From assembly GCF_964188315.1 (NCBI RefSeq), contig NC_135661.1, positions 9,858,001-9,922,000 of the forward strand: a stretch of DNA of 64,000 bases. The letters are read 5' to 3'. A program made the position numbers and the translations under genes. The stretch comes from Podarcis muralis (lineage: Eukaryota). Below are positions 21,461-32,800 of the stretch, piece by piece. The notes under the pieces were generated by a model. It saw nothing but the letters and a program-made list of their open reading frames with translations, made no database searches and was not told the origin of the DNA. Positions within the stretch are counted from its first letter, which is position 1. The number at the start of each line of letters is the position of its first letter.

Positions 21461-23422
21461 TGGAGGTCAAGGATCCCTATGGGAAGGTGAGCAGGTGGAG
21501 GAGGAGGAGGGGGGAGCGGGAGCTGCTTCTTCTTGGCCTGACAGCAGCAGCCAAGGGGGCGCTGAGCAAGGAGACCCTGCCCGCCACCCTCTCCTCCCTG
21601 GGACCTTTCAATAGTTTGGGGGGCGGGGTGTATGTGTGCAGGGAGGCAATATGCCTGTTGCTTCCTCACCTCTGCATCAGGGGTGAGGGAGAGGATTTAA
21701 AGCCCCTGAAAGGGCCAGGCAACTCCTTGGTAGGGGTGAGGATGGTCTGGGGTCGTCACCCCTGGCGAAAGCTCCAATCAGATATCATAAAAGGTAAAGG
21801 GACCCCTGACCATTAGGTCCAGTCGTAGTCGACTCTGGGGTTGCGGCGCTCATCTCGCTTTATTGGCCGAGGGAGCCGGCGTACAGCTTCCGGGTCATGT
21901 GGCCAGCATGACTAAGCCGCTTCTGGCGAACCAGAACAGCGCACAGAAACGCCGTTTACCTTCCTGCCAGAGTGGTACCTATTTATCTACTTGCACTTTG
22001 ACGTGCTTTTGAATTGCTAGGTTGGCAGGAGCAGGGACTGAGCAACGGGAGCTCACCCCGTCGTGGGGATTCCAACCGCCGACCTTCTGATCGGCAAGCC
22101 CTAGGCTCTGTGAGCAGAAATAGAAGCAGCAGGTGAGATACCCCCACACCCCTACCTGCCTGACTTTGCTGCTGCTTGATGGTTTCAGATGGTCCTCTCC
22201 AGGCAGTACGGCTCTGAAGGCCGCTTCACCTTCACTTCACACACCCCAGGAGAGCACCAGATCTGCCTCCACTCCAACTCCACCCGCATGGCCCTTTTTG
22301 CAGGCGGGAAACTGGTAAGCAGGTTTCTATGTGCCCTTTCCCTCTGTCCATCTTGCTCCAGCCAAGATGGCGGGGGCTGCTCTTCAGGTGCTCTGCCCTC
22401 ACGAACTGGACTCCAACTCACCCTGGTTATTGCTTGTGTAAGGCAAGAGGAAGCTGGTGTAGAAGGCCAGAGCTCCTTCTACATTTGCTGAGCAACTGAT
22501 TGGAAGGGAGGAGGAAAAAGCCCTGATGAGACAGGGGTGGGGAGTGGGTTGAACTGCGGTGGTGGCTCTTGAATTGGTTTGTGTGTTGCTGTGTTGTGTT
22601 CAGCGGGTGCACTTGGATATCCAAGTCGGGGAGCATGCCAACAATTACCCAGAGATTGCAGCCAAGGACAAACTGACCGAACTGCAGCTAAGAGCCAGGC
22701 AGCTCTTAGACCAGGTGGAGCAGATCCAGAAGGAGCAGAACTACCAAAGAGTAAGTAACGGATTTCTTTCTTTCTTTTTTTTTACCATAATGCCATTCAG
22801 GAGGAGGAGCGGGATCTTGAATGGCATTATGGTGGGGAGGGGGAATCTACCCTGTCCATAGTTTGTGAGGAACTTGTCAGACCTCAATGTTTAAATGGTT
22901 CCTACCTAATCACTAATACCGTACTTAATGAGCATCATCTTGAAAGGCTTTGCTCATCTGAAAGTTCAGAGAAGCACTTGCCAGATCCTAAGAACTTCTT
23001 TAGGAGGAGGGCATTCAAGCTGCATTGGTGCAGGCTGACTGGAGTTAGGGTGGCGTTTGTTGTAGGGAAATAGCCGCGGGTTTACAGGTGGTGTACCTGC
23101 AATAGACCAAGATTGGCAGGAGTTGTTCAGAGGGGGATAGTACTGGAAAGATCCTACATCTGCAAGAAGGACTCACCTGCGTAGATGGAGATGTTGGGTT
23201 GTATGGGTCTGGTGTGGGGAAGGGGAGAGGGAAGTACCTTCTCTGACTCTCGCCACCATGTTTACTTTCCAGTACCGAGAGGAGAGATTCCGCATGACCA
23301 GCGAGAGCACCAACCAGCGGGTGCTGTGGTGGTCCATTGCCCAGACCATCATCCTCATCCTCACTGGCATTTGGCAGATGAGGCACCTCAAGAGCTTCTT
23401 TGAGGCTAAAAAATTGGTGTAG
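21068..23422 (+). CDS. TMED4: Transmembrane emp24 domain-containing protein 4 (p24alpha family), 5 exons, 238 aa
   Basis: Exons 21068-21260, 21386-21486, 22189-22314, 22604-22750, 23273-23422. [25 protein letters not shown]; [11 protein letters not shown] favours TMED4 over TMED9; C-terminal [10 protein letters not shown]. Next to DDX56 as in human. Candidate AATAAA at 24528. Confidence 0.95.
21791..22111 (-). mobile_element. Sauria SINE (A), head truncated
   Basis: Reverse complement of the 7127 copy, in TMED4 intron 2. Confidence 0.85.
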
Positions 23423-24781
23423 CCCCCCTGACAGCACAGGCACCGTTGTTCTTCCGGTTCCACTGAGCACTTATTGGCCCTCCTGGATTTGGCACAACTG
23501 AAAGGACAGATGGAAGCACAGCATGTGAAACATCTTTGGACCAGCATTTGCATACTTCCTCTTCCCTGATGAAGGGGGTGCCCTGCCCACAGAAGTCTCT
23601 CACGTGCCACCCCGTTCTTTGCTTTGCTGTGTTGCAGCAGCTGGAAAAGCCTCTGTGGGCAGTGCCCTTGTGCAGATCCAAAGGAAGAGAAAATTGCTTT
23701 CTAAGAGACTGAGTAGGCTCTTTTTTTAAAAAAAAAGTGCTTTCCTGTTTCTGGATCCTGATTGGTGGGAGTAACTTCTGGGTTGTTCTGTTCTGGTGGT
23801 TCCCTGTCGTTCTTTGCTCTTAACACGTGAGGTTTGTGGGGGCAGCCCTTGTAGTGGAGAACGGCCTGGAAGAGGAAATGGGAGGGGTGGAATAACATTT
23901 ATACTCAAACTAGGTTTTTTCTTGCTGGGGGTGGGGGTGGCCTGATACCTACTGGAACTTGGGGCGGGGGCTGCTTAGGACAACAGCAGTGGTTGCCTAC
24001 AGGGTTCTGGCAGCATCTCCTCTTGTAACCCTCCCCAGTTTCCAGCGGAGGGGCTAGATAACCATTGTGAACATGGGGTTAGCAAAAGTTTAGGCTCCAG
24101 GTGTGTTTCAAGTGCTTTCACAGAAGGGATCTCTAGACTTCTGCAAATGAGCCTAGTTTAAGGATACCCGCAGGTAGTATCTTTTAATTGCACAGAGAAG
24201 AGTTTCCACTTGGATGAGTAGGGTGTTTTTTTATACGGCCCTGCTAATGCCACTAGTGTGGATGGCAGGAAGCTTGCTAGGAGACAGCATTAAGTAAGTT
24301 GCCATTTATGTACCATGGAGCTCCTTAACAGCCTTTCTTGAGTTTGGAAAGAGAGGCCTCTACCTATGCAAAAGTATGCCTGATGATTTGTGGGTGACAG
24401 CAGAGCCAGAGCATGGAATGGTGGAGAATTTGAAATGCAGTTATCTCCCCCTCCTCTTCCCTGTGTTTTATTTCCTGCCCACAACGGTAAATTCTTAATA
24501 ATGTTCCTTGTTACAGTTCTGGAGTGAAATAAAATTTCCTGCGAAAGGCTTTCTCTTCCTTGTGTTACTGATTTGGGGTTTGGGTGGGGGTACGGTGACA
24601 AGGGGGTCTGAGCTCAAGAGGAAAATATAATTGGCTCTGGGACTAGGCTCCTCCTGCAAACTTATTTTTGGCAACGGAGACCCCCACAACCAGCAGCTTC
24701 AAACTTTTTTTTTGTGGGGAAGGAGTAAGGTGGGCCCAGGCTCTCTAGAGAAGGCTCTGATGCTTTTAGGTTCCTCTGGGC

Positions 24782-25113
24782 CAGGGGTCTGCAACCCGCG
24801 GCTCCGGAGCCGCATGTGGCTCTTTTACACCTTTGCCGCGGCTCCGGGACGGATACTAGCGAGGGGAGGAGGCGCATTGTGCGCCCCGACACTCCCCACT
24901 GTGGCGGGCGCTGTACTGGCTGTGACGTCACATGGGGGCAGTGCGTGCGTTAGTCACGCACCGTCCTGACATCACCTTCCCGCCCACTGTCAGATCGGAG
25001 GGCAGCGGCGTGCATGCTTTAAATGTCGCAATGGTTTTGCGGCTCCCAGGTTTTTTTCCCCTTCGGAAATGGGTCCAAGTGGCTCTTTTTGTCTTAAAGG
25101 TTGCAGACCCCTG
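24782..25113. mobile_element. hAT-type MITE
   Basis: TIR CAGGGGTCTGCAACC / GGTTGCAGACCCCTG; perfect 8-bp TSD CTCTGGGC. Confidence 0.85.
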
Positions 25114-25141
25114 CTCTGGGCCCTTAGGCAGTGCCTGGCAT

Positions 25142-25387
25142 GAAGAAGAAGAGTTTGGATTTGATATCCCGCTTTATCACTACCCAAAGGAGTCTCAAAG
25201 AGGCTAACATTCTCCTTTCCCTTCCTCCCCCCAACAAACACTCTGTGAGGTGAGTGGGGCTGAGAGACTTCAGAGAAGTGTGACTGGCCCAAGGTCACCC
25301 AGCAGCTGCATGTGGAGGAGCGGAGACAGGAACCCACTTCACCAGGTTAGGAGTCTACCGCTCTTAACCACTACGCCACACTGGCTC
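25142..25387 (-). mobile_element. Squam3-like SINE
   Basis: tRNA-like head on the minus strand and (TTC)n tail; near-identical to 27072-27323. Confidence 0.8.
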
Positions 25388-25587
25388 TCACTGGTATGCG
25401 AAGGGTCATAGAGCATGATGACAGATTGTTTAAATGCAGGTGAGAAAGGCCCAGTTTCCCACTCCCAGTGGCCAAGCAGATGCAACAGACTTCAGCCAAC
25501 CTATTTCTGGGGTGATGGGAGCGGTTCCTTGGTAGCTGCTCTAAACCCAAATAGGATTGGCAAGTCAAACCAGATTTGGGCTTCTTG

Positions 25588-26095
25588 TTGTTGTTTAGTC
25601 GTTTTGTCGTGTCCAACTCTTTGTGACCCCCTGGACCAGAGCATGCCAGGCACTCCTGTCTTCCACTGCCTCCCGCAGTTTGGTCAAACTCATGCTGGTA
25701 GCTTCGAGAACACTGTCCAACCATCTCGTCCTCTGTCCCCTTCTCCTTGTGCCCTCCATCTTTCCCAACATCAGGGTCTTTTCCAGGGAGTCTTCTCTTC
25801 TCATGAGGTGGCCAAAGTATTGGTGCTTCAGCTTCAGGATCCGTCCCAGTGGCGTAGCGTGGGGGGTGCAGGGGGGGGGGCCAGCCGCACCGGGCGCAAC
25901 ATCTGGGGTTAGGGCAAATCCACGGGTTAGGGGGCGCAAATTACTTGCCTTGCCCCGGGTGCTGACAACCCACGCTACGCCACTGATCCGTCCTTCCAGT
26001 GAGCACTCAGGGCTGATTTCCTTCAGAATGGAGAGGTTTGATCTTCTTGCAGTCCATGGGACTCTCAAGAGTCTCCTCCAACACCATAATTCAAA
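25588..26095 (-). mobile_element. RTE-BovB LINE 3' fragment, interrupted by a MITE
   Basis: Encodes LKLKHQYFGHLMRREDSLEKTLMLGKMEGTRRRGQRTRWLD and ends GVTKSWTRQND with a (CAA)n tail. Confidence 0.85.
25847..25985. mobile_element. hAT-type MITE with TTAGGG-containing internal repeat (copy 1)
   Basis: TIR CAGTGGCGTAGCGTGGG / CCCACGCTACGCCACTG; perfect TSD ATCCGTCC. Confidence 0.9.
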
Positions 26096-26219
26096 AAGAT
26101 TTGGGCTAATAAAGACCAATTTCGGCTTGATTGTCCTGCACCTCTCTGCCTGGCTGGCGGTGCCCCCTTCACTCCCGGGCTCGTTTGGCCCACATCCCCC
26201 CCGTCTAGGCTACGGAGCA

Positions 26220-26800
26220 GGTCGTCAGTACTGAAAGGGCTCCCGGCAAGGGGTTCCGCCGGTGCGCGCTAAGCCAGGGAGCCAGCCAGTCGCGTTTGGA
26301 TCCGAGATTCCACGCTGCAATAGCAGCCAGCGAAGCAAGCGCCGCTCGAGCCGCCAAGGCCTGCAGGGGGCGCCGTTGGGGCCGCGTCTCGCTGCTGGGT
26401 TTGGCCGGCTAGAGCGGCTGCTTCCGGCTGGGGAAAGCGGAAGCGGCGGCCGCGCGGACAGGGGCAGCATGGAGGGAGAAGCGGGCAGCTTCGCGCACCT
26501 CGGGCTGGACGCGCGGCTCCTGCAGGTAACGCGGGCGAGGCTGGGAAGGGGGGGGGGCTGCGGCCTCCGCCGCCTCCGGGCCTGACCTCGTGTCTCTCGT
26601 TCTCTCTGCCCGGCAGGCGACGGCGGAGCTGGGCTGGGCGAAGCCGACGCTGATCCAGGAGAAGGCCATCCCGCTGGCCCTGGAGGGCAAAGACCTGCTG
26701 GCGCGGGCCAAGACGGGCTCCGGCAAGACGGGCGCCTACGCCCTGCCCCTCCTCCAGCACCTGCTCCGGGGGAAAGCGGTGAGCTCCCCGGGGCCCCGAC
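26220..26800 (+). promoter_or_regulatory. DDX56 CpG island / promoter
   Basis: CpG-rich stretch spanning exons 1-2, with an ETS-like GCGGAAGC at ~26437. Confidence 0.65.
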
Positions 26801-29800
26801 CCTCTCCCTCCCTCCATCATCATCATCATCATCATCATTTATACCCCGCCCATCTGGCTGGGTTTCCCCAGCCACTCTGGGCGCCTTCCAACAAAAGATT
26901 AAAAATACATTGAAACCTCAGTCATGATAAACTTCCCTAAACACGCGTGCCTTCAGATGTCTTATAAATGTTAGATCAGGCATCCCCAAACTTGGCCCTC
27001 CAGATGTTTTGGGACTACAACTCCCATCATCTCTAGCTAACAGTACCAGTGGTTAGGGCTGATGGGAATTGGAGAAGAAGAAGAAGAGTTTGGATTTGAT
27101 ATCCCGCTTTATCACTACCCGAAGGAGTCTCAAAGCGGCTAACATTCTCCTTTCCCTTCCTCCCCCACAACAAACACTCTGTGAGGTGAGTGGGGCTGAG
27201 AGACTTCAGAGAAGTGTGACTAGCCCAAGGTCACCCAGCAGCTGCATGTGGAGGAGCGGAGACGCGAACCCGGTTCACCAGATTACGAGACTACCGCTCT
27301 TAACCACTACACCACACTGGCTCTTTTGTAGTCCCAAAACATCTGGAGGGCCGAATTTTGGGATGCCTGTGTTGGATAGTTGTTTATTTCTTTGACATCT
27401 GATGGAAGGGCGTTCCACAGGGCAGGCGCCACTACCGAGAAGGCCCTCTGCCTGGTTCCCTGCAACTTCACTTCTCGCAGTGAAGGAACCACCAGATGGC
27501 CCTCGGCACTAGACCTCAGTGTCCGGGTTGAACATTGGGGGTGGAGATGGTCCTTCCGGAAGAACTGGAACGTGGAGCTGTAGAGTTGGAAGGGACCCCA
27601 CCCCCCAGGCCATCTAGCCCAGGCCCCCACAGTGTAGGGGTCGCACCTAAAGAGCCCCTTTTGTGATGGCCTGGAGAGGGCGGGACTCTTCTGACCGGGT
27701 CTTTTCTTGCCTCCTAGTCAGCGCTGGTGGTGGAGCAGGCCGTTCGGGGACTCATCCTGGTCCCCACCAAGGAGCTGGGCCAGCAGGTGCTGCAGATGCT
27801 CCGGCAGCTGACCTCCTACTGCTCCCGAGACCTGCACCTCGTTGACATCTCTGGCCAGGCGGACTTGGCAGCTCAGAGGTGAGTGGTGGGAGGAGGGGCA
27901 GGACGGCTGTCTCTTGGGCTGGCCATGTTATTGAAGTCCCCAACCCCAACCCCAAAATGCTTTCTGATTCCTGGCCCGACCGCACTGGCTGCTGATTTGT
28001 TTCCCTGCCCAATTCGAAATGCTCATTTTGACCTATAAAACTGTAAGCAGCTCACAACCACAATACCTGAAGGACTGCTCTCCCCATATGAACTGACCCA
28101 AACCCACGATCATCATCTGAGGCCCTTTGTGTGTCTCCTCCATGAGAGGTCTGGAGTGTGGCAACACAAGAACAGTCATTTTATGCAGTGACTGCCTGTT
28201 TGAAAAGCTCTCCCCGGGCAGGCTCGCCTGACACCTACATTACATATATTTAGGTGCAAGGTGAAAACTTTTCTTTTCAACATTCTGTGGCTTTGTAAGT
28301 GCCTTTGTAGAGTGGGGAGATGTTTGTTTTTGCTTTATTATGTTCTTTGTGTTCTCATTTTGTATTTTAATGTTGTGAACCGCCCTGTGATCTTTGGATG
28401 AGGGATGGTATACAAATTTAATAACAACAACAACAATAATAATTTTTTTATTTATACCCCGCCCTTCCCAGTTCGAAAACCGGGCTCAGGGCAGCTAACA
28501 ACAAATTTAAAACACTTTAAAACAATTATAAAAGCAGCATAAAATACAGTATAAAAACATGAATAACAATAAAAATAAAAAATCAATTAGATAATCCCCA
28601 GGGCTAGCTGGCTGAATAAATAACAATAATTCCTGTGAATGGGTCCTTTGTCGTTGGCAGGCTGTGATGGTGGTTCTTTCAAGGGGGCTTTGGAGATGGA
28701 AGACAGGCTGGCCTCTCTAAAGCATTCCAGAGCCTTTCTGGAGTCTCTTGTAGTCTCACATTTTGCTTGTGGCCTCTGGTTGCTTTCTGAGTGGCAACAA
28801 TGAATGGGGGTCCTCTTCTGCAGTTGACACTGCCCTCTTGGGGAGATCCTCTGTAGCCCAGTTAAGGGTGGCAGCCTCTTCCCATCAGCAACCTCTGGTT
28901 ACGGTTGCATCGCAGACCCAAAGCTTTCATTCAAGGTCAGGCAAGTATATGTGGTAGTTTCCCAGAAACTGGGCCTTCCCATCTCTGACTGAGGCTTTTG
29001 TGTGTTGTGGATTCTCTTCCTTCAAGGCCCATCTTGATGGAGAAGCCGGATGTGGTGGTGGGGACGCCATCGCGGGTCCTGGCTCACTTGAAGGCTGGCA
29101 GCCTGAGCCTGCAGGATTCCTTGGAAATCCTGGTCTTGGATGAAGCTGACCTCCTTTTCTCCTTTGGCTTTGAGGAAGATTTGAAAAGTCTGTTGTGGTG
29201 AGTTTATTCTGGCCCTGGGTTGTTGGCTTTGGAAGGCCAGCCTGTGGTTCTGTAGGAGTGTGGAGGGGGCCTAGGAGGTCTCTGAGTTCTTACAAGCAGT
29301 ACCTGCTCAGGTGTCCTGCTCCATCATTTGTTGAATGTTGGATGCTATGCCAAGGGGGGAAGTGGGGATAGTCCTGGAGCTAGATAAATTGCTTTTTGTA
29401 TACAGCTAGAATCCATTAGGACGCGGGTGGCGCTGTGGGTTAAACCACAGAGCCTAGGACTCGCTGATCAGAAGGTCGGCGGTTTGAATCCCCATGACGG
29501 GGTGAGCTCCCGTTGCTCGGTCCCTGCTCCTGCCAACCTAGCAGTTCGAAAGCATGTCAAAGTGCAAGTAGATAAATAGGTACCACTCCGGAGGGAAGGT
29601 AAATGGCGTTTCCGTGTGCTGCTCTGGTTCGCCAGAAGCGGCTTAGTCATGCTGGCCACATGACCCGGAAGCTGTACGCCGGCTCCCTCGGCCAATAAAG
29701 CGAGATGAGCGCCGCAACCCCAGAGTCGGCCACGACTGGACCTAATGGTCAGGGGTCCCTTTACCTTTACCTAGAATCCATTTTGAAGCTTGTTGGATCC

Positions 29801-32800
29801 ATTTTGTTTGGTTTTGTGGCATATTTTATTGGGGAAATTGTATACAGTCATAACTCAGGTTGAATGTGCTTTGGGATGAGCGCGTTCGAGTTGCGCTCTG
29901 CGGCAACCCGGAAGTAACAGAGCGCGTTACTTCCAGGTTTCGCCGCATGAGCAGACGCTCAAAATGACATCATGCGCATGCGCAGAAGTGGCGAAAAGCA
30001 ACGCATGCGTGCACAGACGTGCCATCACTGGTTACGTTCGCTTCTAGATGCGAACGGGGCTCCGGAATGGATCCCGTTCGCATCTGGAGGTACCACTGTA
30101 ATATAAACAGAAATCCTGAGCTGAAATCAGCTTTCGGGATGGAAAAAGTTGGTGCCATCACACTGGGAAAAGAAGCTCAGCATATTTATAGTGAAGGTTA
30201 TGGAAGCAGAGGGATAGGTTGGGGCTGTTGTGCCTGCAATGCCCTGTTTTACTCTCATCCTGGAGGCATCTGGTTCTCTGCCTTTGGGTGCTGAGTTCTG
30301 GGCAAGGGGGGCTTTTGGTGCGACGTTACAAATGATGGGCTCTTGTTTCCTCTCCAGCCACTTGCCCAAGATCTACCAGTCTTTCCTCATGTCAGCTACC
30401 TTCAATGCGGATGTCGAGGCCCTGAAGGAGCTGGTGCTCCACAACCCTGTAAGTTTGTGGGAAATTGGTTGGAGGTTGTGGGAATGGTTTTGGATTCAAA
30501 GGAGGCAAGGTGAAGGGCTGGGATTTCTGTCTCCCGTTGCTCTGGGGTTGTGGTGGTGGTGGAAATGCTCTTCACAGATAGTAATGGTCCTGTGTCTGTC
30601 TGCCTCTTGCAACCTGCGGGCGTTGAGTTGGTTCTGGTGGTCTCCTAGCAATCCGTGGCACAGAAAGGGAGCAATGACTGTATTTTTCGCTCCATAAGAT
30701 GCACTTTTTTTCTCTTAAAAACTAAGGGCAAATGTCTGTGTGTCTTACGGAGCGAATGTGTGGTCCCTGGGCCTGGGGGGGACGGACCCGGGCTTCCCCC
30801 ACCAGCCCCACAAGCTCCGGGAGCGGAGGCAAGGCTGCGCGCAACCTTGCCGCTGCTCCCGGACCTGTTCTGGGGGCTGGGGTCGGGGGAAGCTCGGGCT
30901 TCCCTTGCCCCAGCCCCGCGGCAAAAAACGAAGCCAAGGCAGCTAGCGGAAAAGACAAGGGAAAGTGTAAGTATAAACAACAAGAAGAAGATCTGCAGAA
31001 GGGGCATGGAAGAGACTTAAGAGCCTCGGACATAAGATTACCAGGTTGATGGACTACATAGAATGGACAGTAAGGACTGACATAACCCGAGACCAGGAAG
31101 AAGGGACGTTGGATGGAGATTGGAAGAAAGTCTATAAAGAAAAATTGTTATTTTGGGAATTAGTGTAAATTAATGAATATTAGGGGAAATGTTGGAATGA
31201 AACTATCTGGCTTTAGTAGAAATGATATAAGGAGTTATGTATAAATAAGTATTAAGTTTTAAGCTCTAAGGTATTTTACGGTAAGATAAGTTTAAATAAA
31301 TTAAGGCAAACTGAATAACAGAATATGGTGAAAGATGGAAAGGATCTGCTAAGTAATAGGTTAGACTGTTAAGATAAATTATTTAATAAAAATTGAGAAA
31401 GATGGAAAGAATTTGGTGAAACAACTAATTAAGCTAGAATACAAAAAGGGAGGTGTGAGGAGGTCAATGAAACAAGCAAATGAAAGGTAAAGATAGGCAA
31501 AAAAGGGACTGGTATCTTTTTCTTTTTGTTGTTGTGTTGTTGTATTGGTTTTTTATGTATTTTGGGTTACCTCTGATACCCCATAATTAAATACAATATA
31601 CTCGCACATAGACTGCCTTATACTGTGTTTAAAACTAAAATCACATTTGGGAAAAAACTGTTTCTTAGGTAGCTAGTCCTAGTCTTTATAACCCTGTACC
31701 TTCTTCCAGAAGGCAGAAGCTGAAAGAGATAATTTCTGGGGTGCGTACTATCCTGCACTATCTCTGCAGCTTTCTTATGACACCTGGAAGCATAGATTTG
31801 ATCCAAGGTCAAATCCTCCTCCTCTAACCCCGGTGATTTACGATCTCTGGAATCTTGCACGCCCGTAGCTGCTCCCACACAGTGCAGTTTCTACAGCTGC
31901 ATCTGTTGCTTCTTCTGTCCCTATACAGCAGCATTTCGTGTCGGCCATCACTTTCTTTATAAAATCCCAAGATATATTATCAAATGCTTTTTCCGCATCT
32001 ATAAAGATCATTGCTACTTTTTTCTCATTTCTTCTAAATACTCTATTACATTTAAGATATTTCTTATATTATCTTTCATCTGCCTACCTGGAAGGAATCC
32101 CACTTGGTCTGGATGTATATAAACATTTAAGACCTTTTTCAATCTATTAGCTAAAATATTAGCAAATATAATCATTGTTCAATAATGAAATAGGTCTATA
32201 GTTTTTGACCAAGGTCAAATCTGTATTTGGTTTTGGAATCAATATAAGCTTCCTTCCATTCACGTATGCCTTGGCCCCTCTGCAGTAACGACTATAATAG
32301 CTTAAGCTCCCTCAACAACATTGGTGGGTAGGCAGCGTATAAATACTCCGAAATAAAATGAAGCCTCTTTTCACCTCCTGCACAACAGGTGACCCTGAAG
32401 CTGCAGGAATCGCAGCTGCCAGACAGCTCCAAGCTGAGCCAGTTCCAGATTCGGTGCGAGACGGAGGACGACAAGTTCCTGCTGCTCTATGCACTACTGA
32501 AGCTTTCGCTGGTGAAGGGCAAAGTCATCCTCTTTGTCAGCACCATCGACCGCTGCTACCGCCTCAAACTCTTCCTGGAGCAATTCAGTATCCCAGCCTG
32601 TGTCTTGAACTCCGAGCTGCCTGTTCAGTCCAGGTGAGCCTTGCTAGGTAGGTGTGGGGGCAATGTTGGAGGCAGCAGCAGCAGCAGCTGCCATCCTGGG
32701 AGATGCGAAAAAGGAGCTGCAGGTATGGTGCTTTGGCCTTGAAGGGGGCACGTAGGAGGAGAGGAACAAACTGGCAGGCCGTGGCATCCATGCCTGGCCA

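Noticed and set aside
26590-26913. Poly-His tail on the DDX56 exon 2 ORF
   Set aside because: Intronic (CAT)n at the tail of an L2 fragment, after the 26778 donor.
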